From an uncultured bacterium (lineage in GTDB: Bacteria > Aerophobota > Aerophobia > Aerophobales > B3-G15), in NCBI GenBank assembly GCA_965613085.1, contig CBFDTW010000001.1, forward strand, positions 1-40,552: a stretch of 40,552 bases of DNA. The letters run 5' to 3'. The position numbers and the translations under genes were made by a program. The notes under the pieces are model-generated. The model was not told where the DNA came from, searched no databases, and worked only from the letters and a program-made list of their open reading frames with translations. Of this stretch, positions 17,704 to 24,958 are shown in pieces; the stretch's first letter is position 1; each line of letters starts with the position of its first letter.

Positions 17704-18654
17704 TTATCCTTGAGGAATAAGCAATTTCTGACCAGGATAAATGAGGTTGGGGTCGGTTATCCTGTCTTTGTTAGCCTCAAATATTTTTTTCCATTGAGCA
17801 GGGTCGTTGTAAATGTCCGGATATCCAGAGATTCGCCATAAACTGTCTCCCTTCTTTACCCTGTAAACAAAAGCACCTGGAGGAGCTTTAAGTTCCATTT
17901 TTTCAGACTTGAATTTTTCCTCCCGTTTTTTCATCTCTTCTAAGGTTTTTTCTATTTTACTCAAGAAAAGTTCTCTATTTTTCCTGACCTCTCCGGCCAG
18001 TCCTCGAATCTCTTCTCGTGCCTCATCTACTTCTGCTTTTGCCGTAGCCGCCATTTCTTTAGCTAAAAAGACCTCTGTTTTGAGAGCTTCTACATTCCCA
18101 CTCAATGTATCTATTCTTCTATCCAGCTTTTTCACTGCCTCATCTACCTGTGCTTTTGCCGTAGCCGCCATTTCTTTAGCTAAGGATACGTCCATTTTAA
18201 GGCTCTCCACATCGCTCTGGAGTTTTGTCCTTAGCTGAGATTCCTCTGTTAACTGGGCACAGAGAGTATCAATCCATTTCTCTGTTTCTCCTATTCTCTT
18301 TAATACAAGGTTAACTTGCTCATTTGCTGTTTTAGCTAATTTTTCTGCTCTCTTAGCGGCGTCCTGTGCAGATATGCTCATCATCATCCCTTCCCCCAAC
18401 CTACTCCGCCACAATCCCAGTCTGTAGAGAGTCTCCTCTTTAAACTTTTCAGCTTCAAGCCGACTGTGAACGGCAATTTCCCGGGCTTCACTGGTAGCTT
18501 CTTTAATCCGGGAAATTTCTGTACGCAAGAGCTGTATTTGCTGTGTAAGCTGTTCCAGGTTAGGGAGGGATGATTCTTGAGCAAAAGCAAAGGGTACCGC
18601 AATAGTAAATGTCACCAGAAAAATTAACATACTTTTTATTAGCTTCTTCAACAT
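17704..18654 (-). CDS. Exported coiled-coil protein with C-terminal LysM peptidoglycan-binding domain (function unknown)
   Basis: 316 aa. Signal peptide MLKKLIKSMLIFLVTFTIAVPFAFA|QE. About 210 aa of heptad-rich E/K/A/L sequence with an internal 39-aa duplication. C-terminal LysM YRVKKGDSLWRISG...IYPGQKLLIP. AGGGGGTG SD. Confidence 0.8.
   Translation of the reverse strand: MLKKLIKSMLIFLVTFTIAVPFAFAQESSLPNLEQLTQQIQLLRTEISRIKEATSEAREIAVHSRLEAEKFKEETLYRLGLWRSRLGEGMMMSISAQDAAKRAEKLAKTANEQVNLVLKRIGETEKWIDTLCAQLTEESQLRTKLQSDVESLKMDVSLAKEMAATAKAQVDEAVKKLDRRIDTLSGNVEALKTEVFLAKEMAATAKAEVDEAREEIRGLAGEVRKNRELFLSKIEKTLEEMKKREEKFKSEKMELKAPPGAFVYRVKKGDSLWRISGYPDIYNDPAQWKKIFEANKDRITDPNLIYPGQKLLIPQG
18020..18183. 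repeat. In-frame direct repeat inside the LysM coiled-coil gene (two 47-nt copies, 117-nt period)
   Basis: 18020..18066 and 18137..18183 are gcctcatctacNNNtgcttttgccgtagccgccatttctttagctaa with 45/47 identity. They encode the duplicated LAKEMAATAKA(Q/E)VDEA segments. Confidence 0.9.
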
Positions 18655-18676
18655 CTTTTCACCCCCTTATGTTGGT

Positions 18677-18697
18677 ATTCACCGAGTGTCGGTGAAT
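18677..18697. other. Perfect 9-bp hairpin in the 59-nt spacer between the two coiled-coil genes
   Basis: ATTCACCGA-gtg-TCGGTGAAT. No U-tract follows on the transcribed (minus) strand, so it is not a canonical terminator. Confidence 0.6.
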
Positions 18698-18713
18698 TAT
18701 ATTACATCCCTCC

Positions 18714-19484
18714 TCAGAATGCAAAAACTGCTACAAGAAGTAAACCGGCCAACAGTTTTAAAGTATTATTGGAACTCTCAAGTCGCTGTTTGTCTGCCTG
18801 TAGCTTTTCATTAGCAGCTTTAAGAGAGTCAACTTCTTCAGTTAGCTTCTCTGTTTTCTGGTGATAATCCTGAATGGTTTCAGCATAGTTCTTGATCGTT
18901 TTGGTATACCTGGTTAATTTAGCCTCCAGGTCCGCATTCTTCTTTTTCAGCTCCTCAATTTGTGCATTGAGCTTCCCTGTCACTTCAAAGTAGTTGTCAG
19001 TTATCTCATCGATAGTCCTTTTCTGCTCCGCATTCTTCTTTTTCAGCTCCTCAATTTGTGCATTGAGAGCAAAAATCTCCTCATTAAGCTTCTGAATTTC
19101 TTTTTGCCGTTCCTCACTTAAGGTCTCCAGTTCAGCTTTCCTGGACATCAGGTTTGCAATCTCCGCTGAGAGGACCTTTATTTTTTTAGAAAGTCTTTCA
19201 GTAAGCTCGATTTTTTCCTGAAGTTTGGGTTTGAGAGCTTTAATTTCCGCCTGTAAATTCCTCACCTCTTCACCTAACTCTCCAACAGCTTTGAAAAAAT
19301 TTTCTCTCAGCTCCTCGATTATTTTAGCCTGGTCAGCAATGGTAGCTTTTGCTTCTTCCAATTGCTTCTCCAGGGGCTTTTCCTGGGCCAGAGCTGGCAG
19401 TGCTCCCATCAACAGGACCATCAAACTTACACATACTATCAGCCTTTTTGGTGAGAGCTCCTCTTTTTTTCTGTGTCTAAACAT
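18714..19484 (-). CDS. Exported coiled-coil protein with short C-terminal hydrophobic tail ending in Phe (function unknown)
   Basis: 256 aa. Signal peptide ...LIVCVSLMVLLMGALPALA|QE. About 200 aa of coiled-coil-type sequence with duplicated NAQIEELKKKNA and (E/D)N(F/Y)F..(V/T)G.L motifs. C-terminus LKLLAGLLLVAVFAF. AAGGAGGGGG SD. Confidence 0.8.
   Translation of the reverse strand: MFRHRKKEELSPKRLIVCVSLMVLLMGALPALAQEKPLEKQLEEAKATIADQAKIIEELRENFFKAVGELGEEVRNLQAEIKALKPKLQEKIELTERLSKKIKVLSAEIANLMSRKAELETLSEERQKEIQKLNEEIFALNAQIEELKKKNAEQKRTIDEITDNYFEVTGKLNAQIEELKKKNADLEAKLTRYTKTIKNYAETIQDYHQKTEKLTEEVDSLKAANEKLQADKQRLESSNNTLKLLAGLLLVAVFAF
18931..19067. repeat. In-frame direct repeat inside the tail-anchored coiled-coil gene (two identical 41-nt copies, 96-nt period)
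   Basis: tccgcattcttctttttcagctcctcaatttgtgcattgag occurs at 18931..18971 and again at 19027..19067 (41/41). It encodes LNAQIEELKKKNA twice. Confidence 0.9.
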
Positions 19485-19607
19485 CTCTATCCCCCTCCTT
19501 TATGTTTTTAAAAAGTTTTCCTCTTTTTCCACCTCCTTTCACCTGGCTTTAAAATTATCTCGGCTGACTTTCCGGGAAACTTTTACCTCCTTCTTTTTCC
19601 CTTGCCA

Positions 19608-19636
19608 ATTTTAACATACCCTTCTGTCACTGTCAA
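19608..19636 (-). promoter_or_regulatory. Near-consensus sigma-70 promoter with extended -10 for the coiled-coil gene pair
   Basis: Minus strand reads TTGACA (19636..19631), 17-nt spacer gtgacagaagggtatgt, then TAAAAT (19613..19608) with TGt immediately upstream of the -10. It starts 8 nt after the stop of the upstream gene and predicts a purine-rich leader of about 115 nt. Confidence 0.6.
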
Positions 19637-19643
19637 GGAATGG

Positions 19644-20942
19644 TTAGTGACCAGGGGTCGGGTTTCTCAAAAGTTCTTGCTTGATAATCTGCCGAGGATG
19701 AGTTATTTTACCTTTAACAGCAGAGGCTGCAGCAACAGCAGGATTTGCCAGATAAACTTCGCTTTTTGGATGCCCCATTCTACCAATAAAGTTACGATTC
19801 GTTGTGGCTATAGCTCTTTCTCCTTCTGCTAAAACACCCATGTGACCACCCAGACAGGGACCACAGGTAGGGGGTCCTACCACAGCCCCCGCTTCAATAA
19901 AGGTTTCAATAATACCCTGTTTAAGAGCTTGCAGATAAATCCGGGGAGTAGCTGGAATTATAATAGTTCTTACTTCGGGATGTATCTTTTTTCCTTGAAG
20001 CACGGTGGCAGCAAGTTTTAGGTCTTCCAGGTGGCCATTGGTACAGGAACCAATCACGACTTGATCTATTTTCACATCCTCAACCTGAGAAACGGATCTG
20101 GTGTTAGAAGGAAGAGGAGGACAGGCTACTTGAGGCTCAATTTCTTCTACATCATATTCCCTTACATCCACAAAAGTAGCCTCTGGATCACTTTTATAAA
20201 GCTTATAAGGTTTTTTAACTCTTTTCTTTAGATAATTAAGGGTAACCTCATCGGGAGCTATTATGCCGTTTTTTGCTCCCGCCTCTACAGCCATGTTACA
20301 CATTGTTAGCCTTTCGGAAATAGAAAGTTTTGAGATAACAGGGCCTGTAAACTCCATTGCCATGTAAGATGCACCATCTACTCCAATATCACCTATGGTA
20401 TAAAGAATAAGATCCTTCCCTGTGGTCCAGAAGGGAAGTTCCCCTTTGTATACGAGTTTAATACTGGAGGGAACTTTAAGCCAGATCTCACCTGTAGCCA
20501 TCGCTGCTGCGAAATCTGTGCTTCCCACTCCACAGGCAAATGCCCCCAGAGCCCCGTGAGTACAGGTGTGAGAGTCGGCTCCAATAACAAGATCTCCAGG
20601 AACAATAAATCCTTGTTCCGGGAGAAAGACATGTTCTATTCCACATACTCCCACTTCAAAATAATTCTTTATTCCATATTCCAGGGCAAATTTTCTCATT
20701 AAAAGACACTGGTGAGCAGCTTTTACATCTCTGTTGGGAGTAAAGTGGTCAGGAATAAACACTATTTTTTCCTTATCGAAAACTTTTTTTATGCCCCATT
20801 GTTTTAATTTTTCTATGGCAAGAGGAGCGGTGATGTCATTGGCAAAAGCTAAATCCACTCTGGCCAGAATGAACTCACCTGGTTTTACTTCATCTTTTCC
20901 TGCATGAGCCGCCAGTATTTTTTCAGATATGGTCATTCCCAT
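19644..20942 (-). CDS. Aconitase-family dehydratase large subunit (3-isopropylmalate dehydratase / homoaconitase LeuC/HacA type)
   Basis: 432 aa. MTISEKILAAHAG N-terminus, IGADSHTCTHGALGAFA, GSCTNG, and GPPTCGPCLG Fe-S ligand motifs. No small subunit gene is adjacent. Confidence 0.85.
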   Translation of the reverse strand: MGMTISEKILAAHAGKDEVKPGEFILARVDLAFANDITAPLAIEKLKQWGIKKVFDKEKIVFIPDHFTPNRDVKAAHQCLLMRKFALEYGIKNYFEVGVCGIEHVFLPEQGFIVPGDLVIGADSHTCTHGALGAFACGVGSTDFAAAMATGEIWLKVPSSIKLVYKGELPFWTTGKDLILYTIGDIGVDGASYMAMEFTGPVISKLSISERLTMCNMAVEAGAKNGIIAPDEVTLNYLKKRVKKPYKLYKSDPEATFVDVREYDVEEIEPQVACPPLPSNTRSVSQVEDVKIDQVVIGSCTNGHLEDLKLAATVLQGKKIHPEVRTIIIPATPRIYLQALKQGIIETFIEAGAVVGPPTCGPCLGGHMGVLAEGERAIATTNRNFIGRMGHPKSEVYLANPAVAAASAVKGKITHPRQIIKQELLRNPTPGH

Positions 20943-20944
20943 AC

Positions 20945-22141
20945 TTAACTCCTTAGCTTATCAAGAGCCTTTTTTATTTTTTCCAATCCTTCCTTGATCT
21001 GGTCAATTGCAACTGCATAAGAGATCCGCAGGTAACCCTCCAGTCCAAAAGCTGAACCAGGGACTACTGCTACACCTGCTTCATCCAGCAGGTAATTTGC
21101 CAGATCCAGTGAATTTTTAATTTGTCTTTTTCCATAAGAAGTTCCCAGAAAATTGGTGAAATCGGGAAATATATAAAAAGCCCCCAGGGGTTTGTTAACT
21201 TTAATTCCTCTGATTTTCTTTAAACCTTCTTTAACCAGTTTCCTTCGATAAGAGAACTCTTCGATTCTTTTTTTAACTTCCTGTTTGTGCAGGTTAAGTG
21301 CAGCAAGAGCTGCCATCTGGGATATAGAGCTTGCACAGGAAGTAGAGTGACTCTGAAGCCTTATCATGGCCTGGATAATTTCCTCAGGCCCTCCAGCATA
21401 GCCTATTCTCCATCCCGTCATGCCATAAGTTTTGGATACACCGTTTACGGTAAGAGTTTTTCTGTATAGATTTTCTCCAAGTGAGGCAAAACTCACATGA
21501 GGTACCTCGTAGATAAACTCCTCGTATATTTCATCTGAAATCACCAGTATAGGAAGATCCTCAACTATCGCAGCTATTTTCTCCAGTTCCCCTCTACTTA
21601 ATACCCCTCCTGTAGGATTGTGGGGGGTATTGAGGATGATAGCTTTTGTTTTTTCGGGATGAATAACTCTTTTAAGCTCTTCCGTATCTATTTTAAGCTC
21701 TTTTTCAAATTCCAGATAGATATATACAGGAGTTGCACCCGCCAGTCTTATCTGTTCAGGGTAGGAGACCCAGTAGGGCATAGGAACAATAACCTCATCG
21801 CCGGGATTACATACTACCTGCAGAGCGTTGAAGATAATTTGTTTGGCTCCATTTCCAACAACAATCTGGGATGGAGAGTAGTCCAAGTTGTTATCCTCCC
21901 TGAATTTTTTACTTATGGCCTGGATCAACTCTCCACTACCAGCTACTGGAGTATATCTGGTGTAATTTTCCTGTATTGCTTTTATTGCAGCTTTTTGGAC
22001 TGGTTCGGGGGTGTTGAAGTCCGGTTCCCCTGCCGAGAAATCAATAATCCTTTTACCTTCCTTTCTCATTTGTTTGGCTTTTGCAGAGATAGCTAAAGTA
22101 GCAGAGGGTGTTAAACTGGCTACACGGTTAGAAACTCGCAT
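20945..22141 (-). CDS. Class I PLP aminotransferase, aspartate aminotransferase-like
   Basis: Start moved to ATG 22141 (GGAGGG SD 4 nt upstream; the track start 22165 is a TTG). MRVSNRVASLTPSATLAISAKAK..., NTPHNPTG, and SKTYGMTGWRIGY PLP-lysine motif. Confidence 0.85.
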   Translation of the reverse strand: MRVSNRVASLTPSATLAISAKAKQMRKEGKRIIDFSAGEPDFNTPEPVQKAAIKAIQENYTRYTPVAGSGELIQAISKKFREDNNLDYSPSQIVVGNGAKQIIFNALQVVCNPGDEVIVPMPYWVSYPEQIRLAGATPVYIYLEFEKELKIDTEELKRVIHPEKTKAIILNTPHNPTGGVLSRGELEKIAAIVEDLPILVISDEIYEEFIYEVPHVSFASLGENLYRKTLTVNGVSKTYGMTGWRIGYAGGPEEIIQAMIRLQSHSTSCASSISQMAALAALNLHKQEVKKRIEEFSYRRKLVKEGLKKIRGIKVNKPLGAFYIFPDFTNFLGTSYGKRQIKNSLDLANYLLDEAGVAVVPGSAFGLEGYLRISYAVAIDQIKEGLEKIKKALDKLRS

Positions 22142-23813
22142 TTTTCCCTCCAATAAATTTTGCAAATTTTTTCCCTTTTATATCCTTACTGGAAAGAGCC
22201 TCTGCAGCTTTAAGGATGGAAAGAGATGATTCTATCTGTGCAGGCTCCAGGAGGGCTCCTTCTATTCCATACCAGCTTGCAATTCCTAACAGGAACCCTT
22301 TCAGAAAATTAGATCCGATAGCTTTTCTGGAGAACTCGTTTAATTCCAGAATTACACTTACCGGGATACATAGTTTTGCCTTCTTAATTTCAGTGATTTT
22401 ATCCTTAAAAGAAAAGTTGTATCTGCCGAAGGGAGGCATGGTGATTTTCAATACCACTTCCTCCGGATTTACACTAATTTGCCTGCATTTTTCCAAAATC
22501 CTGTTAAATTCTCCTCCTATATCGGTTTTTTTATGAAGGTAAATATTAAATCCAACAGTTGCCCCCCATTTTTTAGTTATTTTTAGAGCTTCCTCATCAT
22601 CCGGGTTCAGAAAGACAAGACCCTTTCCCTCCAGCTCTCCCAATGCTTCATCCAGAAAGGATTTTCCTTCTGTATCTATACATATGCCAAGATTGGTGTT
22701 TTGCTGAAGAAAATTTATAAATGAACCAATTCCAAAACCTTTACTCCTTTTTCTAAAACCGAGGTTTAAAAAAGAGCATTGTTTTTCCTCAGCAAAGGCC
22801 AGTAGCTCTGAAATTTTATCCAGGCTTTCTCCCTCAATAAACTCACGAGAAAGGTTTATCCCTACCAGTAGAGGAGTCTCTTCTTTAAAGGAGTAGATTT
22901 TTGTACGCGAAGAAAACCCCTTTATTGGAGGGGTCTTTTTTGAAGGTACACAGATATTCCTTGTCTTGGTTACCATAGCTGCAATATGCTCGGAAGTTGT
23001 GCCACAGCAGCCTCCAATAATCTTAGCTCCACATTCCACAAATTTTTTCGTCCACCAGGAGAACTCTTCAGGTGTTACAGGAAATAGGGTTTTCCCTTTT
23101 TCCAGAACAGGTTTTCCTGCATTGGGCTGGAAGATAAGAGGTTTTTTAGCACAGGATACCATGGTTTTGACTACCGGAAACATCTCTCTGGGTCCAATAC
23201 TACAATTTGCTCCCACTACATCTAAATCCAGAGCTTCCAGGGCAAAAACTCCTGTCCGGGCATCGATACCGATTAAGGTTTTACCCTGTTCCCCGAAGGT
23301 AAGCTGACAAACCACCGGTAGGTCACAAACCTCTCTTGCTGCTACTGCTGCTATCCTGGCTTCCTTAAGAGATGCCATGGTCTCTATGACTATGAGGTCA
23401 GCACCTGCCTCAGCTATTGATTCAATTTGTTCCCTGAAGACCTGAAGAGCCTGAGAGGTTGTAATTTCTCCCCAGGGCTGGATTAAATCTCCAAGAGGGC
23501 CAATAGACGCTCCCACAAGCTGAGAGGATGCAGCTTCTTTTGCTATTTTGACAGCCCTGTAATTTATATCCTTAGTACGGGAAGCTAAGCCATACTTTTC
23601 CAGCTTAACACGATTTGCCCCAAAAGTATTGGTCTCTATTACATCAACTCCCTCTCTTGCGTAGGATAGATGTACTTCTTTTACCTTCTGAGGGAGCGTT
23701 AAGTTAAGTTTCTCTGGAGGTGAACCGGGAGAAAGGTAAGATTGAAGGGAAGTACCCATCGCTCCATCAAAAAAGACAACTTTTTTTTCTTTAAGGAGTT
23801 CCCTGAAATTCAT
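22128..23813 (-). CDS. MetH-like protein with homocysteine S-methyltransferase domain plus pterin-binding-like domain, no cobalamin-binding domain
   Basis: 561 aa. N-terminal FDGAMGTSLQ, GANCSIGP, and GGCCGTT zinc ligands. The C-terminal half resembles the methyltetrahydrofolate-binding barrel (ICIDTEGKSFLDEALGELEGKG...LNP; WGATVGFNI) but looks diverged. Confidence 0.7.
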   Translation of the reverse strand: MNFRELLKEKKVVFFDGAMGTSLQSYLSPGSPPEKLNLTLPQKVKEVHLSYAREGVDVIETNTFGANRVKLEKYGLASRTKDINYRAVKIAKEAASSQLVGASIGPLGDLIQPWGEITTSQALQVFREQIESIAEAGADLIVIETMASLKEARIAAVAAREVCDLPVVCQLTFGEQGKTLIGIDARTGVFALEALDLDVVGANCSIGPREMFPVVKTMVSCAKKPLIFQPNAGKPVLEKGKTLFPVTPEEFSWWTKKFVECGAKIIGGCCGTTSEHIAAMVTKTRNICVPSKKTPPIKGFSSRTKIYSFKEETPLLVGINLSREFIEGESLDKISELLAFAEEKQCSFLNLGFRKRSKGFGIGSFINFLQQNTNLGICIDTEGKSFLDEALGELEGKGLVFLNPDDEEALKITKKWGATVGFNIYLHKKTDIGGEFNRILEKCRQISVNPEEVVLKITMPPFGRYNFSFKDKITEIKKAKLCIPVSVILELNEFSRKAIGSNFLKGFLLGIASWYGIEGALLEPAQIESSLSILKAAEALSSKDIKGKKFAKFIGGKNASF

Positions 23814-23890
23814 TTTTTTTATTATCTTTTGCTAAAAAGTGGGTTTTTAAAATATACTTTAGGAAACCTCTTATGTCAAATACTCCCTGA

Positions 23891-24958
23891 TCAGGTCTCC
23901 CGACTGATAGCAAGGAGAATTCCTATGCCTGATAAGAAAAGTAAAATTGAGCTTCCTCCGTAACTTATAAGAGGCAGAGGAACTCCAGTAACGGGCATAA
24001 TTCCAGATGCCATACCCATGTTTATAAAAGCTTGTAGAGCAATCAGAACAGTAAATCCAGCAGCAAATAATCCAGAAAAGCTGTTGCTTTTCCTTAGAGC
24101 AAGATATACTCCCCGGGAAATTATGATCAGATAAGCGGTTATAATTAGTGTTATCCCTACAAACCCCCATTCCTCACCCATGCTGGAAAAAATGAAATCA
24201 GTAAGAGGTTGTGGCAAGTATTTGAGTTTTGTGTGAGTCGCACCCCCTATTCCTTTACCCAGGAGTCTCCCTGAACCAAGAGTTATTTTGGATTGGAGGG
24301 AACTCCATCCTGCACCCAGGGGATCCTTCTGAGGGTTAAGGTAGGTCAGGATTCGCATTTTTTGATAAGGACGCAGAAAGGAGTAAAAGATGGGGAAAAG
24401 AGTAATTATTGCTCCTGTTAAAATGAAAAATTTTCTAAGAGATATACCACCAACAAAAAGGAGCACCAGCCATATGGAAAAGAGAATTAGAGATGTTCCA
24501 AGATCCGGTTGAATTGCAATCAAAAAAGAAAAGATAATGGTTAAAAGAAAAGATAGAAGTATTGTTTTCCACTTTATCTCATCTTGAGTGGCCAGCATCT
24601 TACTTAAAGATAAAATAAGAGCTATTTTAGCAACCTCTGAGGGCTGGAATCTAAGAAGGCCTACCTCTAACCATCTTCTTGCACCATGAACAGGCTCTCC
24701 TTTGAGTATCACCACTATCAGCAAAACAGCTGCTACCAGATAGATAAAATAAGCTGACCTTGACCATATCTGTGTTGGCAGATAACAAAATAGAAAAAGA
24801 AAAAAAATCCCGCAGCTTATCCAGATAAGCTGTCGCTGGAAGTAATACCAGCTACCTTCAGCAGAAATTGTATAAAGATGGAATATACTCCAGAATGTGA
24901 GAACAAGAGTTGCTACCAACAGATACTTATCTATTTTTCTTCTGGTAAGAGGATACAT
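23891..24958 (-). CDS. rodA: Peptidoglycan glycosyltransferase RodA (FtsW/RodA/SpoVE family)
   Basis: Polytopic protein with the FQPSEVAKIALIL motif, directly downstream of PBP2. Start taken at ATG 24958 (the track TTG start at 24973 is an alternative). It overlaps the mrdA 3' end. Confidence 0.85.
   Translation of the reverse strand: MYPLTRRKIDKYLLVATLVLTFWSIFHLYTISAEGSWYYFQRQLIWISCGIFFLFLFCYLPTQIWSRSAYFIYLVAAVLLIVVILKGEPVHGARRWLEVGLLRFQPSEVAKIALILSLSKMLATQDEIKWKTILLSFLLTIIFSFLIAIQPDLGTSLILFSIWLVLLFVGGISLRKFFILTGAIITLFPIFYSFLRPYQKMRILTYLNPQKDPLGAGWSSLQSKITLGSGRLLGKGIGGATHTKLKYLPQPLTDFIFSSMGEEWGFVGITLIITAYLIIISRGVYLALRKSNSFSGLFAAGFTVLIALQAFINMGMASGIMPVTGVPLPLISYGGSSILLFLSGIGILLAISRET

Noticed and set aside
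18020-19067. Repeated 41-47-nt units with regular spacing, considered as a possible CRISPR or tandem-repeat array
   Set aside because: There are only two copies each. They lie in frame inside coding sequence, with spacings of exact codon multiples (117 and 96 nt), and they encode duplicated coiled-coil segments. They are not a CRISPR array.
19400-19484. Possible lipobox (LIVC) in the signal peptide of the tail-anchored coiled-coil protein
   Set aside because: The Cys follows only about 4 hydrophobic residues after the charged n-region and has Val at -1. A much better SPase-I site (ALA|QE) follows a full h-region, so it is probably not a lipoprotein.
23814-23890. SAM or cobalamin riboswitch upstream of the MetH-like gene
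   Set aside because: The intergenic region is only 77 nt and AT-rich with no conserved riboswitch core, which is too short for either class.
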